Positions 27,651-42,277 of a stretch of DNA of 64,000 nt are shown piece by piece. Source of the DNA: Octopus vulgaris (taxonomy: Eukaryota). The position numbers and the translations under genes are program-made. The notes below the pieces were generated by a model. The model ran no database searches, was not told the origin of the DNA, and saw nothing but the letters and a program-made list of their open reading frames with translations. Every line of letters starts with the position of its first letter. The first letter of the stretch is position 1. The DNA is taken from NCBI GenBank assembly GCA_951406725.2, contig OX597825.1:8556001-8620000 (forward strand), given 5' to 3'.

Positions 27651-28155
27651 CAGGGGTTGGACAAAATCATAATTTTGAAATATCTATAAAATCGTCAAAA
27701 ACCTCTTTAGTTTTATGTTTTTTTCATTTATTATTAGAGTTGCTTAATATGTTTTGCTGAAACTTGCTGTTACTTTTCAGATATCATCAGAAAAAGTAAT
27801 TAAAATTCATTAAAATTACAGAGCTATCGGACTTTGCAAGAGGTCAAATTGTATGGCAGGCGCTAGCGTAAAGAAAACAGCCGAAATGTTTGGTTTATCA
27901 AGAAATTCTGTTTTGAAAGTAATGATAGCCTTTGAGAAAGAGGAAAAAACCTCCTCGTCGAAACAAAAATCCGGGAGAAAACTAAAGCTTTCAGATAGGG
28001 ACCGTCGGACTCTTACGCTAATCGTTAGAAAGGATCACATAAGTATAGCTCCAAAAATTACTGCAGAGCTTAATGAACACCACGGTAACCCAGTTTCCAC
28101 AAAAACTGTTCGCCGGGAGCTGCACAAAACCGAATTTCACTAGAGGGCTGCAATC
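27651..28155 (+). mobile_element. Tc1-like transposon, left end plus truncated transposase N-terminus
   Basis: TA|CAGGGGTTGGACAAAA TIR; AGASVKKTAEMFGLSR..SGRKLKLSDRDRRTL..ITAELNEHHGNPVSTKTVRRELHK..H*RAAI. Confidence 0.9.
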
Positions 28156-28452
28156 AGTCCCCTTCCTCCATTTGCTCTCCTGATGTATAGGCGATCAGTG
28201 TCTGCAGGGGGCTGCTTAACTCCATGCATCATTAGGAGCTTTCTTGACTTCCGGTCCATCTCCTTTAGCTCCCCTTCTGTCCAATTCAGGATTCTAGACC
28301 TATGCCGAACTACTGCGAATGCACGTGAGGTTACTGTCGAATTGTTTCCGATATTTAGCTTTGAAGCCAATATTTTTCTCACTCGCCGCAGGTAATCTTT
28401 TCATCTTTTCACTCGTGGTGTTTGATTCCATCTGCTTCAAGTATTCGCAGGT
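28152..28452 (-). mobile_element. R4/Dong-like LINE fragment (RT C-terminal region)
   Basis: RKILASKLN..WTEGELKEMDRKSRKLLMMHG..ADTDRLYIRRANGGRGLI; 5' side abuts (AAT)n. Confidence 0.85.
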
Positions 28453-28465
28453 ATTATTATTATTA

Positions 28466-28528
<63 letters not shown>

Positions 28529-28534
28529 TTATTA

Positions 28535-28592
<58 letters not shown>

Positions 28593-28597
28593 AATTA
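28453..28597. repeat. (ATT)n microsatellite between two LINE pieces
   Basis: Directly visible. Confidence 0.95.
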
Positions 28598-29040
28598 TTT
28601 CTTGCTTTCTTCAAATTTTCTTCCGTTTCTCGCCGAGTGTTTTCCATACACCTAGGGCAGAGAAATGCATTGTATGCATTCCCAGATTACACGCGCAAAT
28701 TCACAGATAAAATATGTATTTAAAAATTAATAAATAAATGAATTCATGGATGGATGTTATTTTCACAGCGATAGTGCTCTTCTCAGTACATGAGCCGTTC
28801 CAGTTAATACGATTTTTTGCCCTTCCTGTAAGGATGGTGAGCCTGGAATCATTTTCAAATAGGTTTCAGTACCTTTTTTATCATTCCTAGAGATCCTACA
28901 ATCACTGGTACTGTAGTCGCCTTGAGATGCCACATTTCTTTCAATTTCTATTAACAGGTCTTTATATTTACTAATCTTGTCAAATTCTTTCGCCGCTATA
29001 TTGTGATCACAGGGAATACTCATGTCAATTAATAAACATT
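28598..29040 (-). mobile_element. R4/Dong-like LINE 3' end (restriction-like endonuclease C-terminus + 3' UTR)
   Basis: LIDMSIPCDHNIAAKEFDKISKYKDLLIEI..QKIVLTGTAHVLRRALSL*; (AAT)n on both sides. Confidence 0.88.
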
Positions 29041-30782
29041 ATTATTATTATTATTTTATGTTTGGCTTTTGCTTTGTATTTGTACAAGTTCACTCCAAGC
29101 CTCATTATTATTATTATCATTATCATTATTATTTTAATAATTTTGTTGTTTTTAGCTTTTGCTCCAGCTATAACTTTGATCCTGTAAAATGAGGTATTTT
29201 TCATCCATTTTCTTTTTAAGCTTTCACTCTACCTGATTGTTAACATTTCATTTAATAACTCATTTCCTCTTTTTAAACAATCCTCTCCATTATCGACCAT
29301 ACAAAAGTGACAAACCGCAATAATTTGTCACACATTTTCGATAATTACGAGGTTATTTGACTCACTTAAACAAAAGTAACTATCATTCACATATTCTTCG
29401 TGTATTTCATTCAATCAAAAGAAACAAGAAAAACATTTAAACTCTTTAGATTCACCAAGTCAGATGTTGCAGTAGTGAACATTTTGAATGTTTTTCTTTT
29501 CTGGTCTAGTTTTTATGAATATCAATGTAATTAAGTGATTTTATTCAAAGAAAAGAAATAGTTTTATTTGGGGTACTAACGAATGTAAAGAATCTTTTAT
29601 CAGCTACAAAGAATGTTTACAAGCAGGAAAAATATATTTACAAGATAATGACGATAACATTGATAGCAGAAATCTCGGAGCACATATAATTGTTATCGAG
29701 AGGATTATCTTTGCACTGAATTTGTTAATTAGACATCTTTGCCGTAAATAGAAAAATACTTTTAAATCGTCAGGGGCATATCTCAATTTCTATTCGTTAT
29801 TCTCTCTGTATGAATTAAAAGTAGGATAAAAAGAAATGAAAATAGAACAATGAACAAAGTATAGGGTAAGACAACGATATCTGCAAACAAAATACAAGTG
29901 TAAATAATGTAATTAAATGCGACATTATACATCTGTCAAACTAGGAGAGAAGAATATACATGACCTAGAAATGAAGTGAATAAGCAGGATGAAGAGATAC
30001 AACACACTTACAGAGCGCAAATAAAGTTATCCCATAGAAATAGTGCTAACTACACACTTTACGGTTTGAGGAATTTATCAAATATTTCCTTTTCCCGTTA
30101 AGTTGAGTAAATCTTGGAAGCTTCTTTGTGTGAGAATATTCTAAGAAATTTAACAATATTTTATTCCTTTTGTTTGAAAGTGGTTTTGTCTATTGATATT
30201 GTATCCTTATTGCCGTTGTTTATACCCCATCGTGTTTCCTTCTGGACGGTAACTAGTGCTAGAATCTATAGATTTTGTTTGCTTTAAGAACAAATACCTG
30301 AAGAGAACGTACTGTCAGACAAAACTGAAACCTAGTTTTAATAGGTCAATGACTACATGAGACTACCTCGTTGGTTTGTAGTATGAAGCTGTCTTTATAT
30401 TAACACTTACATATAGTATAAATCACAGCGTTCCCAAATCAAAGGATCGATACATTTCCGAACTTCTACAATATTTTGAACGTCATTAATTAATGTGTGA
30501 TGTTTTTACCATTCAGCTAGATTCTACAAAAGAATATTATTCTCATTCAGAACGACTGTATACATAAAACATTTGCGTCATAGAGACATATATTATTTTA
30601 TTGTATGCAATGCGTTCATGTGTCTCTTTATGAAATTACCATATTTTCTTTGAATTATTATTTTCTAAGGAGACGACTAGCCGTATGTAGAGAAAACGAG
30701 CTTAGTTCTTATGCTTCCAAATATATTTCGTAACTTTTCGTGTATGGTTTATTTACAGCATCATTATATAATAATAACTATA

Positions 30783-30834
<52 letters not shown>

Positions 30835-31122
30835 CACATTTCACTCCTCTAGAACTTCACCATTCAAACTGACAGAAAGATAGATGCGAATAGGCCAGAC
30901 ATCATATTGAAAGACTTCAGACAAAAATCATGCCACCCCATTGATATGACTATCCTAATGGATATAAACGTATCTGTCAAGACATACCAGATTCTGAGCA
31001 TATATAAAGATCTGGAAATAGAAATTAGCAAAATGTAGAACCTGAAAACTAAGACAATACCTGTTGTCATAGGTGCTCTGGGAATGATAGCAAAAAGAGC
31101 TGATTGCTACCTAGCTCAGATA
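30835..31122 (+). mobile_element. R4/Dong-like restriction-like endonuclease fragment
   Basis: IQTDRKIDANRPDIILKD..IDM..YKDLEIEISKM*NLKTKTIPVVIGALG; directly after (AAT)n at 30770-30834. Confidence 0.85.
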
Positions 31123-31761
31123 CGTGTTTCATAATGACAATGTGCGACCCCACACTGAAAAGACCACATCATAGAAGATCGAAGAGCTTGGTTGGGAAAA
31201 AAATTGAAATATTAGTAATAATCCATTAGCCCACTTTCCAAAATATATGGATTTGCATATATACTGCACCTGATGAATGTCGCTGTTCTTCATATTATAA
31301 TAATAATAAAAATAATAAACCTATCAACATAGAGACGGATGGTTACATAGGTTATAACAACAGACAAGCATACATACGCAAATGGAGACTGACACACATG
31401 ACCATATACGCACATGCACTTTACTCCACACAATGACACATATGAAGACATGGATCTACACATATAGAGATGCACATCCATTCATACATACACACATGGT
31501 ACATAGTTGCATACCACACACACATGCACACGTGAAAAAAAAACGCAGTGTAAATAACGAACAGAGTCAAGACTATTGAAAAGGTTGCAAGACGCAACGA
31601 AGATTTTAGGAAAATAAAAGTAAATAAGTGGGAATTTTACCGGTGAGTGTTATATTATAAGGCCCAAAAAGAAAATGACTCTCCACACACAGCAGAATAT
31701 GCTTTAACACACGAATTCATATAAAGAGTCTTGCAAACCAAATCCAAAAACGAAAAGTAAA

Positions 31762-31789
31762 AATAATAATAATAATAATAATAATAATA

Positions 31790-31856
<67 letters not shown>
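31762..31856. repeat. (AAT)n directly followed by (TTA)n
   Basis: Directly visible; self-complementary junction at about 31790. Confidence 0.95.
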
Positions 31857-31858
<2 letters not shown>

Positions 31859-33485
31859 TGTAATGGCTTGTTACTAATATTTGGCTGTTACTTCATGCAC
31901 TGACTATGGAATATAACAGCCAGGATCCTGAAACATTTTAACAGAAATCACTTCAACGGATGCACGAAAGATTCTGAAATTACAACAGTAATGCTATCCA
32001 CTTGTAACTTTACACTTGTAACTTTGCTGCTTTTCCGATTTTGTTTGTACCAAAATTTTCTGAAACTTTCTGAATTGCTTTTCTACCATTTTAGGTTTCG
32101 AATCTTTCTCGAAAAACTTTATTTAATAAATAATTATTTGTTACTCCATTCTGCATTACTGTCCTTCACTAATCTCAGATAACCGATTGATATTAATTTT
32201 TCCTGGACATTTCCAGAATGTTTGCATTTATATATTTCTCTATAATTTAGGACATTTTTACTTCGATTTTTCAGGATTAAAGAAATTAACGTTAATTTAA
32301 GTATTGACAATATATGCAATATATATACGATTAAAAAATGAAAGTATGTTAAACAGATTGCGAAAATGAACAATAGTAATGAACGCTTAAAACGATTTTC
32401 TATTTCTCTGTAAGTTTATGGTGGGAGGAATGCTTCTGGATATGCTTCTGTCTTTTTTCTCATGTCATCAATGAAGTATGGCTGCCGCCTGTTTGATGGA
32501 GTAGGAAAGAAAAGATCAACAAAGAATTTATTAAAAAATGTAAATTTTATGTAGAAGGAGACAATGTTTCTTTTAAAATTGGACAGTTCTGTGGAAAACA
32601 ATAGATACGTGTGTTATCATGTTTTATGCATGGAGCACATATAGGTTGTACGAAAATGAAGTATGTTGGGAAAATAAAAAGAAAGAATTGGCGACTAGTA
32701 TTATGTATTAGCTTTCTTTCAAGTACAAGAGACAATTCTGTTTCTAATTATCTTCAGCGACCTTACAGAGTTTGCTGTGTTTGATCTGTTGCTATTATAT
32801 CTGATCATAGTACGTTTATGATATCGTTAATTTCCGCAGAGACGGTAGCAGACGATGCCACAATGGCGACCACGACTGTTAACGCTGTATTCCTCAAAAG
32901 CACCCTTTTGCCGAGTAGCATGACTACAAGCACCAGAACAAAAACGTTATCCGCTATCGTTACCACCGCTACCAATAAATCCACTGCAGCATCCAAAGAC
33001 CACTGCCATTCCTAATACAACCAATGCAACCGTTGGTACCACCATGTCCTCTACCACAACAGCTTCCACTAACACCAACAACAGCGCCCACCATAACCAC
33101 CACTATTCTCTTCATTAAATTAATACCAGACACATAAAGTTAATCGAATTTTTTAAAGTTTGGCATTTACAAAAAATGGATCGTTTTAAACAAAGAAAGT
33201 GATTGATATATTAAATGGAAGTGTGTGCTGATAGTTACTTAAGTGTCAGTTCATTGGGTAATAACTCGTTCATGTTACCAAGTGTAAATAGAATTGTGTT
33301 GTGAGCGTTTGGAAAGGGATAAATTCCACGAGACGCGTATATCGATAGAGAACGAAAGTTTCCTTCATTTTCCAACATACCTGAACAAGCAACTGTCAAA
33401 AACTGATGGATATGCCATCAGAAATAGTCATATGCTGGATGGTGATGGTGATCATCGGAGGAGATAAGGAAGACATAGAATCTCG

Positions 33486-33520
<35 letters not shown>

Positions 33521-35900
33521 GAATGAGATACGTCTAGGATATATCCAAAAACAAAGGTATGTTAGAAAACATCTCCGAAAATACAGTAAAATGCACACTG
33601 AGATAAGGACGGAGGGGGAATGAAAAACATGGAGCATATGAGCACTTAGAAATTAAACGAAATACGATATACAATTAAAATGGGGAATTTCAAAGCATTC
33701 TTCGCTTGAAGGTCCTGATAGGGAGTCGTAAAATTTTACTGGATGTGTTCCCAAGAGATGTCGGAATCTCGACGTGGGAGTTCCCTCCACCATCATTCTC
33801 TGCGGAATAAGATCTTTGGAATAAAACTTCAAAAAACAAAAGAATATTTTGTCAACTCAGATGAAAGGTATATACCGAAATTTCTATTTTCTTCTCCGAT
33901 AAACACGGTCGCAGTGTGATTATGAAATATAAATTACGTGCAACCAAGTGGCTGGAAATAGTGTCATTTGTATATCGACTTCAAATTATTAGATATATGC
34001 ACAGAATTCTTCAAATGAACTCCGATTTTCAGCTCTATCGCTTACAGCGGAAAATTACGTAGAGATGAACACATCTTTCTATGCAGCAGATTCTATTACG
34101 ATAGCAGTACTGATTTGCAAATATCTGGATACCGAGATATAATTTTCGTAGCCTTAGATGGTAATTTGTTTATCCGGAAGGTGAAGATCAGCAAAGCCAC
34201 ATCTTCTACGCTAATAATCGTCCATTCGCTGATCTCTGTGGTTTTACATTTCGATTAGTTAGTACTGTTGGTGGGCAACTGAAATGGCGTCATAATGCAG
34301 TCATATAGTATTCTTTGTCGTTATTCACATGGGATCAGTTAGTTTTCCCGGAGTAAGTATAAACTCTAAGTCATATTTTCTTGTTGCAGATATTCTTGTC
34401 TTTTCACATTTAGCGACTTTTCTTTACTCTTTCTCGGCAAAATCAAACTTTTGTTTCAGAAATGTTTCATTTTCTTCGCCACACTGATCTGAAAAAAATA
34501 TTCAAATCAGAAGATCTATATTATTTTTGTTATCAAAAAGCGAAGATTTCTTTGCTTCCTGAGCACGATCTTTGATTGTGGGGCATCCATAATTTAGTCC
34601 GAAAACGCGGAGATGAGGTATTATTGGTGCGTTTAATTCTGTTTATATAATCATGCATGATTACATAGAATTTAAAATAGAACAATGACAAACTTGATAA
34701 CAAGTTTAGCTTCACATGTCTCGAACTGTTTTGGCGTGACTATTCATTATACTTGCTCTTTTAGCAGAGCGGAAATAACGAGTAAAGTTAGTCATATTCA
34801 GGAAATATATTCAATGAATTAGAACATATTATTGAACGTCAGTATTATAGATTTTGTTATATAGCAAATCTTAAAACACGACAAGTATAAAGAATGACTA
34901 AGTGGGAAAATACCATGGAAAAGGCAGTGCAATCTAAGCATAATTAATTTCCCTACAATAACAGCTGAACAAGGAGGTAATTTGTTCAGCTTCATACAAA
35001 GTTGAGAGCTTATAACGAACTTACAGACCGTTATCATTCTGTTTATCTGATCAACGTCTTTGAATCATAATATACTTTGTAAAATAATGATTTCGTTGTT
35101 AAGTTCGTCTTCTGAATCATAAGGGAGTAACGTATAGACCTTCCAGCGGCGATACCCAACATACGTTTGTCTTTTGGAACCATGCGAAATAAAATGATTT
35201 GCTCCAAAATACATTTCCTTCTTATTTATTATCCTTATCAAATCTTCTAATTATATTTGTAAATGATATAACACAACTCACACCCGCCACAAAATAAATA
35301 ATAAATTCTAATTGCAGACTATGCAACTTAGAACCTAGATACCATGAAATTTCTGGAAAATCTACTATCACCACGAAAACAAATTTAATTATGCGTTACC
35401 AAAAATTTCTGTCATTTCTCTCAATGCAAAAATTTCTCTCATTTTGTGCTGATGTGGATAAAATAAATCATAAGCTATTTCTAATTTGATATATAAAAAG
35501 CAATAATTTTGTGAGAGTCTTCATTAATTTTGCATTAATGAGTTAAATAAGGAGACTTGTTACAGCTATTTCATTTCGGGTGTAGTGCTGTCATTTCAAA
35601 TAGGAGATAACTTCTACGAAAGACTATCCCAGATATACATTACGTTTTATATCAATGAATAACGATCACAATAGAAAGTTTGCCAGTTTATACTTGTTCG
35701 ATTTTTCTCATTTCTCTCGACCTATGTATATCATTTCATTTGCTTGGTATTTGCTGTCTGTCTTGTGATTAATTCTCACGCTGTGGCTTTTATATAATTT
35801 CACCAACCTTTTCGAAGAGCTACGTATCTATGGCTACATTGAATATTTCATAATCATTGCGTATTTGTACAATGGCCTATGTTCCCTGTACTGAACGAAT

Positions 35901-35993
<93 letters not shown>

Positions 35994-35998
<5 letters not shown>

Positions 35999-36314
35999 AA
36001 GCCCCCCTTCGGTCATGAATGACCATGGGATTGCACCTAGAAAGTTACCCTCCTAGACACAAGTCTGGGCAAGGTTGTTTATGGAAGACCAGCAGTCGCC
36101 CATGCATACCAGCCTCCCTCTCCACGCCACCAGTGTTATCCAAGGGAAAGACAAAGGTCGATACAGCTTGGCACCAGTGACGTCGCAACTCATTTCTACA
36201 GCTGAGTGAACTGGAGCAACGTGAAATAAAGTGCCTTGCTCAAGAACACAACACCCAGCCCGGTCCGGGATTCGAGCTCACAACCTCACGATCGTAAGCT
36301 CGACGCTCTAACCA

Positions 36315-36318
<4 letters not shown>
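35994..36318 (-). mobile_element. Young tRNA-derived SINE (CORE-like), flanked by (TA)n
   Basis: Minus strand: TCAGTGGTTAGAGCGTCGAGCTTACGATCGTGAGGTTGTGAGCTCGAATCCCGG, then TGTGTTCTTGAGCAAGGCACTTTA. Confidence 0.88.
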
Positions 36319-36369
<51 letters not shown>

Positions 36370-37265
36370 TTTAATTAATCCTTTAGTTACCTTGTAAAGG
36401 TTTGTGAGGCGCTATTTTCCTTTCTCATCCGTGTGTTTACGTAATCTTCTAAGTTGCCCTCACAGCCTTCCCGCATTCGCGAATTCTGTTATTTATATTG
36501 TTATTTATATAGATATAAAAGAAGGTATAGAAAATCGAATAATTTGAAATAAGAGAAAATGAACGATAATATTTTTCTAAGAATCCCGTAGAAAATTATA
36601 TTATGTACCTATATGCAAGTAAATGTAATAGAAAAGTATAAATTTATCAAACTGTCTCTAATAGGTTCAACAGCAAACGTCATATGAATTGGTAACTATC
36701 GTGAAACTTAAACTGTGTGAAATGTCATCAATTGCATAACCGCTTATGATCAGTACTAAAGAATATTTATTTTGTAACATATTGTAAGTTATCACGCTCA
36801 GTACACATGCACGCGGATTAAGTAGTTTTAATGACTAAATGTGTGATAGTTATATGATACATATAAACACGATTGTATTGTAAAAATTTTATTGGAAAAA
36901 AAAGCTAAAATTATTCTTCAAAACGTATTTTGCAAGGGTCACAAATAGCTTATTTGATATTTCAAGATAAACATAATTATATTCTAATACACCACAATAG
37001 ATATGGCGCCAGGACTTGATTACCAAATATTGTAATGATATTTCAATTTCTTTTATTAGTGAAATTAAGACATTAATTTAATTCCCTAGAATATTAATTT
37101 ATTTACATTAGAAAATATAATGAAAGTTCTCCATATATCTAAAAGTAATGCGTCACATGTTTGATATTTCCTCGTATATTTGTCTCTCAAGTTCTCAAAC
37201 AATTTTTCTATTTTTGTAGTCTTTCAATGTATATATACACGTGTGCGTTTATGGGTACACACATA

Positions 37266-37349
<84 letters not shown>

Positions 37350-39191
37350 TCAATAAGCATGCATGTGTGTATGTATGTATCGATGAAGAGACATTTATAT
37401 ATATTGAACACAAAGAAATAGTAATCGTGAATTTATATACGGTTTACAAGATGAATATATTGATATTTCAATATTACCCGGATAAAAGGCGGTGAGATTG
37501 CACAAATTTAGAACCTCAAACAAAATGGTTAGCTGCATTTCGTTCGTCTTTACGTTCTGAGTTAGTACTCTCTTCCGAAATTACTTTTGCTTTGTGTTAA
37601 AATTTGAAATCAATATTCTCAAGGCGAATAACGCGATCATTAACACACCTTTGACTAGCCAGCAGTATATGTCCTGTGAATGACACAGTCAGATAAATTA
37701 TTAATGGATTATCGTATTTCCTGTTATGTAACAAACCTCCCGCATTTTTATGCAGATTATACATAGCTAAAGTGATTATGCGGAAGGAAAATGTGCATTC
37801 TTTGTGTACCGAAAGCTTGATATGACTAGAAACTAGCCGAACACTTGCTTGTTTCTTTTGCAGCGTGTATATAAATATCACAGCTGCAACCATTCAAGTT
37901 TATTTTTCACAAGGTTTTTAAATATTGTTTTGTTTTTCGTTCTTTTTAAGGCACATGCCAAAGATTAAGAGAATTCCATTATGTAGAAGCTTATGGAATG
38001 GCTTTAGCAAAATAAAGTATCATGGATGTATATAGATTTCCTAGTTGCTTTAAATGAGACAAGAACTCAAGTTTATTCACGTGCAGCTCAGAAAGAAACA
38101 GGAAATATCCATAAAATAAAATTGAAACACTTACGCTTCAGGAAAAATATGTGATTTAACATAAAAGGCATTCACAGCAAAGGAAATGTTACGGTCATAA
38201 TGCAAATTCAGTGGCACAGACACTAAAAACTGCATGGCGAATGTGTAGAGAAAAATGGTTTACGAATAGATTTTAGCAAACAGAAATTTGCATCTTAAAA
38301 CAAAATCAGTTAATTGAATTAGCTCGAATATGGCAGTGAAATTTCTTGAGGAAATCGAGTATATATGGATGTAATGAATGGTGTACGTAAGAAACACATA
38401 ATGAATTGAACATTTTCACTTAACTGGTGAAAGGAAATAAAAACCCAATGGCATAAACTATCGATTCACAAGCAAAAGTGAAATAAAGTTTAATGCACTA
38501 AAGTAAATTTGTCTTTGAATAACAGATGAGATTTTTCTTATAACAGCTTTATTAGTTATTACAAGTAAGTCTTAATTTATTTCAATTATTTCTTCTCTTT
38601 TAGTTTGCCGCTAACAAACGCCTCTAAAATTTTACATTCAATTATATGAAAAAAATATTCCCTGAAATTTCGTTGCGTGCATCATTCACATTATTGAATA
38701 TAAATAATATATTTCTCTCACTGCCAATGACTTACATGAGACAAATTTTATTTAGTCATTTTGTTATTATCTATGGTGTAGCTCAGTAAAATTCGTCAAT
38801 TGATTTTCCTTTTAGTAATATTCAATGGTTATTCCTCGTGGGTTTGTTGCAATTAACATATACAGTAACACTGATTAATTATTCAGGTAGCATGACTATT
38901 TGCTTTTTTAATTGATCGCTGTAATTTTTTTCTCCTATTAATTTACTGCGTTTTTAAATCTGATGAAAGATTGTTTAATCATCTTCTGGAAATATCCGTG
39001 TTCTTAAAAATTATTCAAATAAGTTAATTTGTATATTCATATATATGGATTGTAGCTTACAAGAATATTTCCTTTAGTTTTAGCTTGCTTTTCACTCTCT
39101 CCCAGTCTCTCTCACTCTCTCCCAGTCTCTCTCACTCTCACTCTCTCTACCTGTATGCATATACACATATTTGTATGTATGTGTATGTATG

Positions 39192-39246
<55 letters not shown>

Positions 39247-39339
39247 ATATATATGCATGTATATGTATATATATGCATGTGTGTATATATAAACCTTTAT
39301 ATGTATCTCTGTCCACATACACATATATGCATGCATATA

Positions 39340-39426
<87 letters not shown>

Positions 39427-39884
39427 GCATATTACAAATTTGTGTAAATGTGTCTAGAATAAGATAACAGTTGAATAAATTTATAACATGGTCTGGTTTT
39501 CACATTTTTTTAATTACTATTTTAAATATATTCATTTACAATGTTGAAGTGTATTAAACATTAAAGAAATATTTTGTAATATTCATACAGTTCAAGTGGC
39601 GCTTTCATACGTTTGTAGTTAATCATCAGATTTCAGAATATATTTAACTGACATTCAGGTCTTGACAACTGTAGGAACATTACTGATATCTTCATTTTTA
39701 TACCTCATAGAAGGCTCCAACAAGATGGATTTTCGAATGCTCTTTTGACCAATCCGCATGCAGCTTAAACGACTGTTTCTTGGGCGTACTTATATCACCG
39801 GCTTACGATTCGCCTTTAATTAGCGTACGGTTTATATGTAATTGTGTTATGAATGATCAAACTTTGTTGGTTTCGCTTGTTTTA

Positions 39885-40080
39885 TTTCAGTTGGTCTTCT
39901 CCAAGGACCAAAGACCAACAATGGTCCTTGATATGAGGAGACCCATACCCATGATGAAAAAATGGGGAGAAACGGTGCACCCAGTTATAATACCTTTCTC
40001 AAGGTCTTGCCACCGAGTTGTAAAATTGGTTGTTCTCAAACGGAATTGGATACGTTCAAAATAACTGCTGATTATTTCCT
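39885..40080 (-). pseudogene. Non-LTR RT fragment (HERO/NeSL-like)
   Basis: YFERIQFR..FTTRWQDLEKGIITGCTVSPHFFIMGM, corresponding to the RT QG/MG..SP motif. Confidence 0.65.
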
Positions 40081-40107
40081 TAATATGCAGTTCAATATGA
40101 TAACAGT

Positions 40108-40148
<41 letters not shown>

Positions 40149-40621
40149 CTTTTGTATGTATGTAAGTATGTATGTATCCATGTATGTATGTATGTTTGTA
40201 TGTAACTGATAGTTACTGATGAAGTGTATACGTTTTCCATTTTACTTGTTAAAAAGATACCATTCCTTGATCTCAATCCTCATAACTGATTATATAATTC
40301 ATTTAGCGTGACGAGTTTTATCAAAACAATGTATCGCAGGGATTATTTCCGAATAGAAATCAGTAGTCGCTTTCTCAGAAATAAGAAATAAAACGTCTTT
40401 ACTTACTTTCTATTGCAGTTTTATCGATTTCGGTTTCTAATCATATATATTTTTATTAATATTCAAAATTTACCGAGTGTTTCCATGAAATAAATTTCTA
40501 CCTTCGTAAGTGTATAACTTTATAGATGACATTTGTCCTTCTTTCTTTATGTCATTTATTATATTAATCATTTAAAATAATATTAAGTTATATTTCAAAA
40601 TTGTATAATATAAATAATTTT

Positions 40622-40680
<59 letters not shown>

Positions 40681-40767
40681 GTACGTGTGTGTGCACGTGC
40701 TTTTGTGGATAGAATATATACATACAATATGTATACATACATTTAGTATATATATAAATTTAGTGTG

Positions 40768-40812
<45 letters not shown>

Positions 40813-41499
40813 ATCTTTGTATGTATATGTATGTATCTAAATTCACATAATTATACAAACGCGTACACATTCATGTATACGTATACATTCACATGCATAT
40901 ACAGGCAAGCACACATGCACGCATACGACATACAGACACACACATATATATCTGGGAAAATATAAGCATTCATGAGCATAAATGTGTATTTATGTGCTGG
41001 CGCGTGACTATGTGTACAGAAGTTAATCAGGTCTGCGTGCGCATAGGTGAATGTTATAAAGATCATGCTGAATTATTTCGCTGTCAATCATCTTTAAATT
41101 AATCATTTCACCACTTATATTATCTTTATTATTATATTTTGATATTTTCACCCTTCAAAATCAGTGTATAACCTCCGCTATTAATTCTCAATATTCAAAA
41201 TGCGGCAACTTCAGCAGATGAAATATATCTGGTTTTCTTATAATTCATGGCGCTATTACGATTTACGTCTTATTTTCTAAGGTGGGTGCTTCAATTCTTT
41301 GTACTTTTCTTCTAATATGTAGTTTTCCCTATCGTAAGAACTAGACACACAAACACACACAAGCACACATGCACACATATTCTCTCTTTCTTGTTCATAC
41401 ATGTGCACAAACAAAAACATATATACACATATGTGTGTGAGTGGGTGTCTGTGTGGATAAAAAAAATGTGTATATAAAATCTGAGATCATGCTGAATGA

Positions 41500-41830
41500 A
41501 GGAATAGGCTGTTACTCCGATGGAGACTTGTCAAATTTGGAATTGAAGGATATACCAAGCATCGAAGTTGTTCTCATTGCCTAGTCCCAATAATCTCGTC
41601 TTCTGCATCTTGAGTAAGGGTCCAGATCTGCAACAGCTTGCATTTCCACTGTTCAACAACCTAGCAAACAAACTCAGAGACCATCGAGATGTAGATGTGC
41701 AAGGACTTCAGTGAGCGTCTGTATTTTTAAAAAAATGTGAATTACCTAATAAACCCCCACCACAGCATAAAGCACATAAGAAGAGAATCACCGTCGTACT
41801 TGCTACTTCACCCAAAAGATCAGTATAGAA
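41500..41830 (+). mobile_element. Degraded CR1/L2-group LINE 3' fragment
   Basis: CNSL..PLFNNLANKLRDHRDVDV resembles the GP.LFN.LP..LR ORF2 C-terminus. Confidence 0.4.
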
Positions 41831-41912
41831 ATGATTTCCAAATACACTGCAAGGCAGTGTTCCAAATTGGCCACAGACTTTGACTCAGATTAACTAAATG
41901 TAAAGCATGAAA

Positions 41913-42008
<96 letters not shown>

Positions 42009-42120
42009 CATATATATATATATATATATATAATAATAATAATATTAGGAGTAAATCCCAATTTACAGAGTAAAATTAGATTTAGGTTTTATCTCTAATA
42101 GTGGTTTTATCTATAATTTA

Positions 42121-42191
<71 letters not shown>

Positions 42192-42233
42192 CATATGTAC
42201 AGATCTAGATAGATACATACATGCATAAGTACT

Positions 42234-42277
<44 letters not shown>

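Noticed and set aside
32790-33110. Thr-rich mucin-like exon
   Set aside because: Degenerate ACC/AAC low-complexity tract with stops and no clear splice support.
39590-39635. Minus-strand CTGATGA..GAAAGCGC
   Set aside because: No stem I and a misplaced 3-bp stem II; likely chance.
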